A stretch of DNA of 64,000 bases from Bugula neritina (lineage: Eukaryota; Animalia; Bryozoa), in the NCBI GenBank assembly GCA_964035545.1, contig OZ037766.1, positions 7,926,722 through 7,990,721 on the forward strand, written 5' to 3'. A program made the position numbers and the translations under genes. Positions 38,885 to 53,350 of this stretch are shown piece by piece; within the stretch, counting starts at the first letter, position 1, and every line of letters begins with the position of its first letter. The notes below the pieces were generated by a model. It was not told the origin of the DNA. It was given only the letters and a program-made list of their open reading frames with translations, and did no database searches.

Positions 38885-39046
38885 AATTGTTTTATAAGCA
38901 GCTCCAAGTTGAAGGTGACTGAGTGCAATAGTACGGGATTCTCGAATTTGGAATTAAAATTTTAGTAGAAACTCTCGACTCCAAAAAGAGAACTACAAAC
39001 CATTATACTCAGTCACCCTCAATTTAAAGCTGCTCATAAAACAATT
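38885..39046. repeat. Short inverted-repeat element (hairpin/MITE-like family), copy a
   Basis: ~45-bp imperfect arms AATTGTTTTATAAGCAGC..GGTGACTGAGT / ACTCAGTCACC..GCTGCTCATAAAACAATT. Confidence 0.65.
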
Positions 39047-39094
39047 TAAGATTTGCGTTGTTATAAACAACTGTACGAGATAAAGAAATAAATC

Positions 39095-39258
39095 GCTTGA
39101 AGCAGCGCTGAGTTGGTAGTCACTGAGTGCGGTGGTGCTACTGATAGGTATCGAGCTTGGATTTAATATAATATAATATAATTATCATGTTGATCTATAG
39201 TCCATACTCTATACAAACTTTGCACCTCACTCATTCCTAACTCCGTGTTGCTTCTAGC
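39095..39258. repeat. Short inverted-repeat element, copy b
   Basis: Arms GCTTGAAGCAGC..CACTGAGTG / CACTCA..GTTGCTTCTAGC; similar to copies a and c. Confidence 0.55.
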
Positions 39259-40075
39259 ATTCTCTGATAACGAAGTAAGATCAACAAAATGCTCATTTCG
39301 TCGGCAACCTGGTTCAAGCTCTTAGTATAAAAGTTATTTAGTTTGGGGGTTAGTTTAACCCCCAAACTTGTAATCATAAATGAACAGTTCAAACGCCAAG
39401 CTATTAATCGATTAATAAAACAACTCTTCCATGGTCTACGACTACCATGTACAGAAATACTACTTGTAAAAAGAGGATAACTCTATAATGATTTGATGCT
39501 GATTATTGCAAATTATTGAACAATAATTTTCTACAATTAGCTTTTTTATAATAGTTTTTAACCCATACTTTCAGACTTGAAATCAATTTAAAAAGTTAAA
39601 AAGTATAATATTGAGAGTTCTAAAATTTTCTGTATTAGAGTCTATTATATTAATATGTTGCAAATCTTAAAAAATGCATTATGCTAAAAAGTCTAATTAT
39701 GCCCTGATTAATTTTAAATTTTATCATGAAAAAAACATTTGCACGATGAGTTGTTTAGACTTGAGAGTGTTACTATCATTACATTATAAAGTTATAAAAA
39801 GTTACAAGCTAGTTGACTTAGCTGAATTTAGTAATTTGTGCATGTCCAGACAGTGAACTAAAGAAGTATATAATATAAGTGAAATTGTAGGTTTTGCATA
39901 GAAGATATTTTATGCTAAGCTGCCTTATTGGAAATTCTTAACGAGAAATGTTAACATAAGTGCAGTAGCAGAAATTTGCTATTCATAAGATAACCATAAG
40001 GCTATCAGCTAGTAATATAAGGTAAGTAATAAAGTAATAGCATAGCTGCTAATAGCAACAGCAAAAGTTGTACCC

Positions 40076-40267
40076 CCCCCCCCCTTATAGCCACCATCCC
40101 TGTGAGAAACCCCTGATGAAAAGGCTTTTTTGAAGTGGGATAAGGTCATATTCATATATGTGGCACAAGAGCAATTATGGCTGAATGCTCTTCCTAGCAT
40201 CACCAATGGCCTTTAGTGTTGTTCAGATCCATGACTGTGTGTTTACTAAGCCATGCGCACGGCTGCT
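40076..40267 (-). mobile_element. tRNA-derived SINE, copy 3 (diverged, G-run tail)
   Basis: Reverse-complement homology to copy 1; TSD CAAAAGTTGTACCC (40062-40075 / 40268-40281). Confidence 0.85.
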
Positions 40268-40940
40268 CAAAAGTTGTACCCTTGATACTTTTTGCTATTT
40301 ATAGTTTTTTCCACTAATACTGGATAAAAATCAACGCTGGAAAACATGAATCAACAACATAGTTAAAAAATCTCAGTCTCTCGTTATGACTTAATGTACT
40401 CGTCATGGTATAAGTATATGAGACTATATTATAGCAAAATCTGAATCATATTGTTACCTCAAGTGGTTTTGGTAATAAGGTCCCAGACATCACAAAAGTA
40501 GTATGATAAGTATTGTGGAGTATTTTCATTTTAATTCAAATAATATTATTTTTACTGTCCATCTGAAGTGCAACTCTGAGAAATACGGAGTTGTCGCCTA
40601 TTGGTTAAAATCTGTCGTACAGAGTGCAAATGCAAAATATTGTCACCCACAAATTTTTCGACTTCTACTATTGCACACTAGGCAAAAATAGTTGACCTTG
40701 ACATCACAGTGTGACCTCTAAATTCTTAGCTGGACTCAAATAAGTTAATAAATTTGCGTGCTAGGGTGGAAATCAAAGACCAGCATTGGATGATCAACTC
40801 TGACTTTCCAATCAACCTAACTGTTGGCTCAGTTAAGATTATCTTCATGTTTTTGCTCTTCACTGGATACCAACTAAAAACTGTGTTGTCTGTTTCAATT
40901 TTGTAAAGAATCTAAGCTTATCAAAAGCTAAAGCTTTATC

Positions 40941-43900
40941 ATGGATGTAATTAAAACAGAACAAGAATTTAAAAAACAAGCTACACGAAGTAGTTCTCTT
41001 GTAGTAGTTCATTTCTTAGCTGAGTGGGCACCCCAATGTTCTCAAGTAACAGATGCCTTGATCGAGTTGAAAAATGATCCTCAATGTGCAAAAGCTAATG
41101 TTCAATTTATTCAGGTAATATTTTGATTTTAGATGGATTGTAATCTAACTCTGTCTATTACTGTCACTATGTCAATTCAATGTGCATCACACTCACAGTG
41201 ACAGTGTGAGTGCTTGGCTATTGCCTATTCTTATTCTAATTCGCCATAAAATTAAATCGGTTTATTCATTATTCAAACGGAAGCTCTCAGGCTGATAGTC
41301 ATCGCCATAGTGATAGTGATTCTCATTTCATACTTATACTTATACTCAGTAAGTAATACTTAGTCTTATAGTTATACTAACTACTAAGTATTACTTAGTT
41401 AGTATAGTCATACTGATACTCATACTCACAGTAATGAGTCATAATTATACTCGTAGTGAATGTCAATGTGCTGTAATTATTACTTGAGATTTGGGAGAAG
41501 TATAACTAAACAGCAGAACTGTTCTACTAGAACGCCTTTAAACAAAATGAAATTCAAACTCAAAGTCAAACACCATCAGCTTGAGTCTCAGACTTGGCTA
41601 TTCTGAATAAAAATTGAAATTAGCTATCCGTTGGTTTAAATTACTAATAATTATTATTAGTGTTACTAATTATGATAATGTTTACAGTTTATAAACTTTT
41701 ATATTTGATTTCAATTTATGGTTTTGTGAAATCAATTCAAATTGGCGGTTTTTACCTGCACCAAAGCTATCTAAGCATGAAATAAATTAAGTAAAGCTGA
41801 AAGTTCAAAAGCTGCATCTCTTTACACCAAATAGCAAAGCAAGATTACCAACTTTCTACTGAAGTTCTAGCTGAAGAGTAAGTCTGCTTTTAGGTTGCCA
41901 ACATTAGACGGCACAACTATATTTTAGATTATAAATTGCTTAAATTCTCGAACTATGTGATTGCAATGGTTTTAGGTGCAACAATCGTTGTATCAGTGTG
42001 CTTCATTATAAGACCTGTACATGTAAATGAAAGTTGTTTTTAACAAGAAAAAAATTAAACCCACTTCCAATACTTATACTTGGAGTTTCTGGTTTTGAAA
42101 TGCTTTTTCACTTGTATTAATTGTAAAACCAGCACTATCAATTCAAGTACCTGAAGATTCAGTATATAATTGAAGAGTTTTTTCATCCATATACTAATTT
42201 CTTCCCTTATCTCAATAACCACATATATTGTAGGTAGAAGCAGAAGATGTGCCCGAGGTATCAATGCACTATGAGATAGAGGCAGTACCCACAGTTATAC
42301 TTCTTCGGCAAGGTAATTTTGTCAACACTCAGGATTTCAATTTGTACAATAATTCTAACTGTTATATTCATGTTTTCTATTGAAATATACTTCATTTTAG
42401 GCAAAGTTGTAGACCGCATCAATGGTGTTAAGATACTAGAAATGACTGAAAAAGTTCGTCAGAATGCTGGAAACAGTTCTGTGATAATGCCAACAAAGAA
42501 AGCTGAGCCAAAAGAAAAGTTGGAAGACCGACTGAAGCGTCTGATAAACTCACATGAGGTATGGAAGCAAGTTTATCATAAAATTGTGTTGTGGCTAGAA
42601 TCACAATCTGGTAAATGATAAATTCATCTTTGTTGAAATAATTTGAAATGCATTTTAATTAACTACAACAAATATATGATTAATTTGGGTAATTTCATAG
42701 GTTTTCAAATATATTACACCAAAAAGTTGAGCTATTTAATCAGCTATATTAAATTTAATTTCAGGGTACAAAAAACTTGCTAGTTTAGAATGCTTACCAG
42801 TGAGTGTTAATTTCCGAAAATTGCTGTTTTTACAATTCTATATATTTTTTAGTTTGTAGTAGCCTAGTTTCACCACTGCATAATAGCTATTACAATCATA
42901 GAATTTAAGAGAATTGAACGTTAGTACTGAGTACTGACCAACTTTAATCTTGGAAAATCAGCAATAAATCATTCATAATAGTTGATTAGTTAAAAGCAGT
43001 TTTTTGGACATGGCCCTAAACACCAGTTGCTCACACTTAGTATCATAATAGATTTTTTTCTCTTATCCCCCATTTACAGTTGGCCTAAGAAATTCCCCAA
43101 TATTGAATGTATTTTATTGGTTTGTGTTTCCTCAGTTAGTTAGTACCAGTTTAATTTGCATGGATAAAATGTATATTAGCCTATATATATATATTATGTT
43201 GTGTACATGATGCAGATTGTATGTGCAATAGAATTGGATGAAAAATAGACTACATCAATTTTCAAGTGGCTCTGCATTCTTATTCATTTTGGCACAAAGT
43301 ATACACTCTTTCTAGTTATTTTGGTGAATATAGGTTTACTCTTTACTGTTACATAAGGTTATGTTGCAGGTGATGCTGTTTATAAAAGGGGAGCCTGATG
43401 CCCCAAGATGTGGTTTCAGTAAAACTCTTGTGGGATTGCTTAAAGACAGAAATGTGACATTTGGTACATTTGACATACTAACTGACAATGAAGTCCGCCA
43501 AGGTTTGTAAAATTTAGATTTGGAAAAACATTCACTGTTTTCAGTAAATTATATCCAAGAAAATGCAGTGCTGTGTTTTAGACTTCCCGTTTCTTGAACT
43601 CTGCTAATGTTTTCCGATAGAGTTGTGCAAACAGCATTAAAGCATTTGTTGATATACAAGACTATGAAGGTACAATATTAAATACTGGTTTACCATCTAC
43701 AGGTTTGAAAACACATTCAGACTGGCAACTATATCCACAAGTGTATGTGAATGGCGAGCTAATAGGTGGGCTGGATATTGTAAAGGAACTGATAGCCAAT
43801 GATGAGTTTGAGGATACATTCCCCAAGCAAGTGCCATTGGAGGAACGTCTGAAACTCCTGGTGAACAAATCTCGAGTGATGCTGTTTATGAAAGGAGATC

Positions 43901-44139
43901 GTGCCGTTCCAAAGTGTGGGTTTAGTCGCCAGGCTATAGATATGATGAACAAGACAGGCGTTGAGTATGAAACATTTGATATTTTGACTGATGAAGATGT
44001 AAGACAGGGTCTCAAAGACTTCTCAGAATACAGAACATATCCGCAGTTGTATGTGAGTGGAGAGCTCGTTGGCGGTCTTGACATCATGAAAGAAATGGAA
44101 TCGGCTGGTGAATTGATCGATGCTGTGAAAGACAGTTGA
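40941..44139 (+). CDS. GLRX3: Glutaredoxin-3 (PICOT): thioredoxin-like domain plus two CGFS monothiol Grx domains
   Basis: Exons 40941-41114, 42234-42312, 42401-42558, 43370-43502, 43703-44139; [26 protein letters not shown] motifs. Confidence 0.95.
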
Positions 44140-44691
44140 TTCGATTGTGATGTAAGGAACATTATTGCAAAGAAATAACATTCTACTATTTCTTAACATA
44201 TGAAATGTCTGAAATTAAAAGACCATGAGTTAATTTTTCACAAGCAATTTAATCAGTTTTTCAATTAAACTTACTTTTATTTTAAATAATTTATAAAAAA
44301 ACGATCAACTGTGAGACTACAAATTATAAAACAAATAAACACGTAGTAAAGTAACATCAGATCATTTAATAATTTTAATCTGTGAAAAATATCAACGGTG
44401 GATTAAAAACACTCAGATCTTATAAATACAGTAGTAGCATATTGCCAGTTTTGGATTCTAATGATTGTTTTCATTCACAAATAGTATATTATAGTAAAAA
44501 AATTATTAGCTCATGCATAAAAAATTAAGAAACAGGGTAGCACCAAATACTAATTGAACCTGTATACCAAATATACAGAATTAATAGAATAGAAATTTAT
44601 ATTATAAGCTCATATGCAAATAAAACATTACCTTTGGAAAATTGTCTTACCTATAAATCTGCGGTAAATGCAGTTAATAACCAAGTTGATT

Positions 44692-47600
44692 TTAAAAGCG
44701 CCTGTTGAAAGGTTGAACAAATTTACCTGTTTTTGGGTCAACTGGCCCAATTTCAGATTTAGGATCAGGAGAAAAGGAGCTCCAGGTTGTTGTATTGCAC
44801 ATAGGTAGAATATCACAAGTTGATTGTTGCACCATCGAACATACAGCGTTGGGTTTCCAGAACCTAATAACAAGATCATCTATCCAAGCTAAGATGGAGC
44901 TGTGACTGCCATGTAAAGTCTGTTTCAACTCTTCTATGGTTGGGTGTACAGCTTCCGGCTCATCAACAACCTTTTGCAATAGTGCTGTTTTCTCAGTAGG
45001 ATATGGCACAATGTAGGGCGACATATCATAGGCTAATAATGAACTACCATCATACACTCTCTTATGATAAATATCTGGCAGCACTAAAAACGAGGTTTTC
45101 GCAACAAGAGCTTCACGGTAGACAAGTTTAGCTGCCCATTCACCGGGAAGTAAAAGTTTATCTAAATAGATTTTTGTCACTACATAATTGTCATTGCCTT
45201 GTGGTATATTGACATCATGAACATAGGCAAGTCGGCCCAAGGGATCTACCAACACCAGCGTTACATTCAATGCCAGCCCGCCTTTCCATTCTTGTACAAC
45301 AGTCAAATTTACGGTTTTGGAAACTAAAAACTGACCATAATCTCGAAAAATTCGCTCTTTAAAGTCAAAGACACCTCCAACCTGAAAATGGTAAAAAAAT
45401 CATGAAAATAATTGAAGGCTTCTATAAATACCGATTTGTCTATATAATGCAGAATATTCAATTTTTTTCGGTTCGCACACTATTTAGCAGAACCAACGAG
45501 TATCCAGCCTTCTAATGATGCTAAGAGTACAGAAAACCGTTAAAGTATTCGCCATTTATTCCAACAACAGTTACAGCATATAATGTTACAGTTGCAATAT
45601 CATATTTATCATCTATGAGTCTAAGCGGAAATTTATATTATACCACAAACCTGTATAGAAGCAATCCTAGAAATTGGACCAATAGGCTGTATAAGTGTAA
45701 ACTTTTCTTTTGGTTTAACATGCAGCTCCCAATCTACATGTTGTCCACCTGTATGTCTACCTTCGAACTGTACAAGTAGTCCATCAAATTTATTCTGCTG
45801 AGTTATAAGATGAGATTGACTGACAGAAGGCGTAACCACATTACAAGTAACATCCTCGTTCACCTAAGAAACATACAAATGAATCCGTCACATAACAATA
45901 TGGTATTGCTGGAGTTATCTACTCCTTAACGAGTTCCATTGGTGAGTTTCTAGGGCTATAAAATGCTTGCTTTAAATAGAACTGGGGCTATTACGAAAAG
46001 AAATTTTTTTGATACTGATGATTTAATATTAGTCCGGCATTGAGCACCATTATACCCCAAACCCACCCAACAAGCTTGGGTAAAATACATGCATGGTTAT
46101 TTGACTTGCAAAATTACAATTTCTCTACTAATAAATGCAATAATGTTGACCATAAAATTTTCCAACTACTGTTGTTGGTAAGCAGAAAATCAAGTGCAGC
46201 TAAGTTATGTCAATACGGAACACAAATTGCAAGTGTTCACAAAGATGCGTCAGTATTGCTTGCATTCATGATGTTTGTGTTGGTTTATATACAAACGCTG
46301 GTTTATTATACATTCTGAAAATGTACAGCATTTCCACTATGTGAGTCCGTAAGATTAGAAGGCAGATAACCAAAAATGGCAGTAAACATGCTTTCTGTAA
46401 ACTGAACAAGTAGCGGAGTGATTTAAAGGTGGTAAATGGCTGTCATTCAATACGACATAATATATTCTTACCCTAACGAGTTTATTTACTGTATTTCTAA
46501 CAAAGGACATGTAAAATGTGTATTGAGGATCCTCAGACACTTTCCACACATCCTCAACATGAAAGACATTCTGCCAATAAGTTGTAAGTGCCTTCGTATC
46601 TACAATGTGATACATATCATTTTGAACCACCATTACCATACTTACCTTGTCTACCATTACACCTATAGCAAATATAACGGCTAAACATACTGTTCTTTTT
46701 ATAGTAAATAAAGTATTGAAAGCAATAATTTGGCTGTACAAGTTATTAAGCAAATAATTGAAAGTGAATTTCACATTATTTGTTGGCATTTTCTTAGGAA
46801 TTATATTTAAGTCAAACTTCACTTGAAGAGGAAGTTACCTTCTGGATACGTAGTATGCAGCCATTCATCAATCCAGTTAATTACATTATTATTCACCACC
46901 GCTTCAAACTTTCTAGCAAAGAATATGTTTTGATTAGAAGTTTTCTACAAAGAAATTGAAATTACTCAAATAAGGTAGACAATGTATACGGTAAATGTCT
47001 TTTTAAGTAGAGATATGAAAGGTACATGTTGAGGCAAATTCATTAATTATAAAATATTCAAGTAACTTAGATGTTACATTATACAGATCACATTAAATTA
47101 AGATATTAAGATATCATTGCTGGAGAAAAAAAAAGAGAAATAAACATCAATCAGATTCTTCAAGTCCTAACTTTTTCAAGGGAAGAAATACATACTAGAA
47201 GTTTTTCTTTATCCGACTGAGAATCAGTGAAATCCAGAGGGCTACAGCCACACCAATCAACAATATGTTTATACTGACATAGACATCCACGCTTCTTGTT
47301 CCAGTTAGTCTTGTGCAGGTTGTTGTCTATGAAAGTCTGACAGTATTTACTGTTCTGTAGTACTGTATGAAAGTAGGACTATAAATAGTATAACAGCTAT
47401 AAATAGTCCAATAGTTATTTATCATATCTTACAACATAACATTCAAGAAAATTCCTATTACGTATGACAATGCATAATGGTGCAATTTAGGAAAACATTA
47501 CACAGAATAATAATAAAGGGAGCAGCCGTGGTCTAGGGGTTAGAGCGTTTGCCTAGCAAACGTGAGGTCATGAGTTCGAGCCCAGACAAAGGCCATTGGT

Positions 47601-50600
47601 GATGTTAGGAAGAGCATCTAGTCATAATTGCTCCTGTGCCTCATTTTAATAAATCCTTAGCCCGCTTTAACAAAAACCATTTCCATCAGGGGTTTCTCAC
47701 AGGGATAGCAACCATAAACTTGCGTGAGCTTTTTACACAGAATAATAATGATTATGTCTATTGACACCTTGGACAGATGACAGGAAGGTAATAATCAATT
47801 TCTGAAAAAAATTAAATATTTTCTATCAGAGTAGGGTAAGCAACTCTCAATTTATGATTGAGTCTATAAATATTTTTAGAATTATAGTTTATTCCTGTTC
47901 TGCATGGATGAAGCAAATACCAAGATGAAAAACTGGTCAGTAGAGATACTGCACGGCATAGAGACGCTAGTGCTAGCTGGTTCCCCATGCCATAATTTGC
48001 CATGTAGTAAATTGTGCTAACAAAATAAACCCTAAACTAATCAACAATGAGTTAAACTGAATTAAGTTTATTAAAAAGTCCTACTAGCAGTATATGGACT
48101 AACTGATAAATTATAAATAATTATGACAGAAAATAATAAAATCTTCACTCTTTACACCCTCATAATATAATCTATGAATCAAATTTTTAAAATTTTAATC
48201 AATTTATGAAGATACGCTTAAAGTCAGCCCCTCCATTTTAAAAAAATTAATTTAAGCAGTCATAGCAGCACTACTTCATGAATTTTAAAGTCTACACTAA
48301 AACTACTCTCAAAACTGTATGATTAAAAACCATCAGACCTTAGACGCCGAACAAGTTAGTAAGTGAGTAGATCAGAGCAGATAATATAAATTAGCATTAC
48401 GCAGAGTACATGAGTTGCATATTAAACCACAATTTGATAATTATCACCTCTGCCGGAAGAAGAGCAAAGGAATAATAACGACGGAGACCCTCAACCAACT
48501 CATCTGACTTGACGCCTTCTGACTGAGTGACATAAGAGACAAACTCCCTGTTCAAGCAAATCCAGTCACTGCCACCATCTATCCTTATGCCAGTAGGGAG
48601 CGTGCGATTACCCACCCGCCACAAGTGGTAGTCACATTCATAAAATGTCTTGAGCAATCCTTGCTTTCGCATGAAGCTGCAACATATAAAAGTGATAAAC
48701 AAAAGATCAAGATCCGCTTAGGATGAGTTAAATTTTTATTGGCTAAACACAAATTTTTAATTTATGTTTTTAATTTTGAATTTAATTTTAATTTAATTCA
48801 TAGAGATTCCATGGTCGAATCGACCGACGGAGGCCAAAGTCATTCATTCAAATTTTTAATACATCAAATACATTATTTAATCGCATACCAATATTATGAA
48901 CAGAACATAATATTATTTACAGGCATAGCTGGAGTAGAAACACCCTATGATGAGTTCACACAAAGTGAGAATATACTGCAAATACTACCTACTCAGTAAT
49001 AAAATACAACATACGCTGGGGTGTCTGGCCCATGAGATTTAAGGAAGTTGTTTCCCCTGTTGGCCGTGAGATAAGCCGTCAGTGACTCTATGGACCTGCA
49101 ATACATGATGACAGATGAAACGCATTGTGTGGTAGAGTTGGCATTGCAGGGGAACACATATACTTTTTGCAGAAGAAATCGTAGAATTAAAAAAGGCTTG
49201 TGACTCGGCATATGGTTTCACACTATATTGTTCTATTTCTTTGACTTCGAAACCAAAACCCATAATGCCTTGCTACAATCTTGGTCATACTGAAATAATC
49301 TATTTACACATAGCTGCAATTTAGGCAGAGCAATATATAAATGTTACTATCACAATCATTTCATTTGGTTATATTTAAAAAAAAGAATGATTTTTAAATC
49401 ATTTCAATATTTAAAAGCACACAACTCCTGAAAGCAACGCTAATTCAATTACTTACACCATCCACATGTCTATTCCCATTAGAGTAACTAATAAAGAGTA
49501 AGTAGGTCCTAACACTATATCAGTTAAGATACATAACACACAACTGGTGTGTACCACACAGCAGAATGGTGGCTACGTACTTGACAGGGTAGTCAGATTC
49601 ACTGAGGTTAAGATAGAAGTCCCAGTGCCAGTCGGTCATGTTTAAAGCATCCTTCATAGTATGCAGCAGCATCTGCAGGAGACTGGCTCCACCCCAGATG
49701 GTGGAGAACCTCTGAGGAGCAACTCTGACATTGTCGTACATGTGACTGAGTGAAAGAGCCTGTCTGTACAGATACTCTTCTCTCTACAAGACAGCAGGCT
49801 GTCCTAAGATCTTATGTAATCCGCTCAAATCAACTAATGCTTAAAGTTCATAACAAACTCCATAAAACAATGCAGTAAACATGATTGCATGGGTGAAAAT
49901 AGAAAATGCTCAAAAAGCAAGTGAAGATCATATCAAATCCAAGCCAAGTCCAGAATAACGTAATTGATTTGCTGCTTGTTAATACATCCCAAATAAAGAC
50001 TTACCTACACCTTACAGATGATAGATTGCCTATTAAGTAATATAAGCTGCATAATCTGACTTAATTTTGCTACCAACATACAGACGATATTTTTAAAGCT
50101 CAATGCAAGATCAGGTTTCTCCATTTGACAGTAGACACAGTTAGGATTGTCTCCCACTGTGAAATATTGTAATTAAATACTCGCATTGTTTGTGCCTGGC
50201 AAACAGATAAGTGGCACTTACAGCATCTACATGAATGTAGTAATAGTGGTTCACGTGGTATAGCTGCTTGAACAGTCGTTTCACTTGTCTCCAAGCTCTC
50301 CCATTCCAAGTGAACATGAAGAGGATTCGCACCATGTGACTCGTCTCCACGTCCAACACTGCAGGCACTTCACTCTGCTTCTCTTCACCTGACGGTCTGC
50401 CTGCCAACATCACAATCTCATCACAAAACATGTTTAACAGACAAATATAAAAACGAGTTTTTTTAACAACAATTATAGTGATTTTAGCGAACTACTATTG
50501 ATTTCAGGTAACGAAGATGACTTTTATCTACTAACTAGCTAATTACTAGTTTCATTTTATTTTCCAATGTATTTTGTTGAATTAGTTTGCCATTAGCTGT

Positions 50601-53350
50601 GAGCAAACACAACTGACGAAACCTATATAACTAATAGGGCTACAGTCAGTCCTATACAATCCTTAGACTCAAGTCCTGACATTACTTGGTTGCATAGTGA
50701 TGCAATAAATAAACCCGACATCCCCTTCACTAGACAAAACTCTAACTGCATTCACATTTAAAATTTATTTTATACTTGGTTAATAAAATATAATCAAAAA
50801 ATATATATCCATATTTTTAATTCTGCTATTGAAACTGCTGGAACCGAAAATATTTTTGGATAAGAATAGAAAAAATAACATACTGCCATATCCCGTTTGA
50901 TAAACATCTAGAGAGTTGAAACCTCCACAAGTTGCACTAATATTGCCAGGGCACGGATAGTTACAGCGGTCCTTTGATATACTTTGGTGTTTGCCGTAAC
51001 TATTGCTACACCAGCACTCCTCACCAAACTGCAAGCCAGCGTAGTTGTAACCTTTAAATACACGAACACATAGAATACTATTAAACTTTGTATTATTATG
51101 TAGAATACTATTAAACTTTGTATTATTATGCATATCCAAGTCAACAAAAAGGCTGAGAAAACAAATAATTGAATAAGTTAAAATTGTTTCAAGTGATTAT
51201 GGTTAAACTCAAATGTAAAGGAAAATAGAAAAAGTGGTTCGCATTTCATATTCTAATTAAAAAAATGAAAAAAGCTAAAAACCCTAAAGTAGCACTAAAA
51301 CTTAAAACAAGATTTAAAAACTGCTCGAAAATGGCAATACCAAGTAACAACAGATAAAGCAATGACTGTACCAATATCTGTTTTTTATGAGGCTGCTCTA
51401 GAATCTAGATAATCAGGTTAAAGAAACTACTATCATGGCAGACAAAACTGGTCATTTAAAAGTGAGTATTAGATATATAGAAATCGGGTACGTTGTAGCA
51501 GAAAAATAAAATCCAGAATACCAATATGAAATTGACATTAGTGTATACATGATAAATTACCTGATGCCAAACACATGTTAACACAATACTTAGGTGAGTT
51601 GTTATTAGATTTATGGTGTGGCCCTGAAAAATCTCTATCGTGTTGATCATCTTTGAAGCAACCCTGGTGTTGGCCACCACCAGCACCTTTAAATATATAT
51701 TCTTATTATATAACATGTAATATTGTAATTATTATGAACACGGCAACTTAATAACTATTATATACAACAATAGTGAGAAAACAAATTTAAACAAAATATA
51801 ATAATAAGATATATTGAGAGTGACGAGTTTATTAAACATATAATTTTTGCTCAAATTTTCAGAGAAACCTCATTAATTAATCAATTTTATTAATATAATT
51901 ACCAATAAACTTGCAAGTAAATTGCATATTTTTGTTTGATTACATAAAAAGTGTAATTGCAGCAATTTGAAATACAGGTGACTTAAGTTAGGAATTATCG
52001 TAATCTAACATGTTATTCCCATTTTTGCTAAAATAAAAAGTTTTAGACTCATAAAGACCTTTAAGTGGACAGAACCGTGGAAGTTCTGCCGGAAAAAGCT
52101 TGTCTTGCTCAAGCAAGCAACTAACACGCTGAATAGTTTCTTTGCAACCAATAGTTTTAGCTCTACTAAAAGCTGACAGGGCATCTACATTCATTGAGTC
52201 GCATTTTACAGCAGAGGCTTTGTATAAAGCATCGACAACCTAAAATGAAAATCACAAGTCATCTTTCAATCTTTGGTACCCTGTCCCATAACTATGTCTA
52301 TGATAACAGCATACCATTAAACAAACAAAATTCAGTTGTCCTTTAGAGCATCAGTATGTATGCAACATTTACAAACCATTGATGACTTTTCTTTTTAATT
52401 TTTACCTTCTAATTTTCAATTCCCATAAGCTTAGAGTTTAAGTGATCGATTATAAACTGATCACCATTATCAACAACACTCTAACACATAACTTCAGATG
52501 GAGTAGACACACGTGTAAAATTTCTTCTGGGTAATAGTAGACATAGTAATACTGATATTAAATTCAATAATCATGATAATAATATTCTAAAACACTAAAT
52601 GTTAACAGTAATTATTACTATACGTAGACAAAATAGGTCGGTACGAGTATTAGTATAACTATAAGTATAAGTATAACACTAACTATAAAAGCTAATACTA
52701 ACAGTAATAGTAATTCACTAATACTAACAGTAATAGAATAGCAAATGTAATACTAATAGTAATAGTAACAGTTACAATTTAATTTTATTCCCTAAAGAAT
52801 TCAAATCGATATTCATATTGATACTAATATAAATAATACTAAATTCTAATTCAATCATATTATAATTATAATTAGTATTATTTTTAAATCTAATACTAAG
52901 TCTAATACTAATAGTAATTGAAAAAACTAAAACATTAAGATTAATACTAAAATTGAATTATTAATTAAATTTGATATCAAATAAGAAGTGAGAATCTTCA
53001 ACTAAAATGAGACAACAAGAATAATGTATTAAGCTCACACTTTTCTGTTTATTATCAAGATGAAGATCTGCTGAGTTTTGTTTATTCTCATAGTCATGGT
53101 GACCGTGACGGTGATGGTCATGGTAGTCCTGAGAAAATCCCAAAGCTTGCTGATATAAATATTGCCTTAAAGCATGGAAATTTTGGGGTTCATCATTTGG
53201 TGTGACAGTTTTTATTTTGTTGATACTTGCATCACCGTTAAAAAATATATAACCCAAATAAAACTGCAAGCATACAATAATCATACAACAACTAAACAAA
53301 CATTTCCAACTCAAAAGCATGAAACATTTTTTTCTACAGGAGGCTGACAT
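44692..53350 (-). CDS. XYLT: Peptide O-xylosyltransferase (oxt/sqv-6 type, with WSC domain)
   Basis: About 13 exons: N-terminal TM (53350-53039), [17 protein letters not shown] ([17 protein letters not shown]), [44 protein letters not shown]-terminal [12 protein letters not shown]. Confidence 0.93.
47515..47732 (+). mobile_element. tRNA-derived SINE, copy 4 (full length)
   Basis: GGGAGCAGCCGTGGTCTAGGGG..AGTTCGAGCCC; 17-bp TSD TTACACAGAATAATAAT. Confidence 0.92.
51071..51130. repeat. 2x30-bp tandem duplication in a XYLT intron
   Basis: TAGAATACTATTAAACTTTGTATTATTATG occurs twice. Confidence 0.9.

Noticed and set aside
43662-44162. 166-aa antisense ORF over GLRX3
   Set aside because: Shadow frame of a coding exon.
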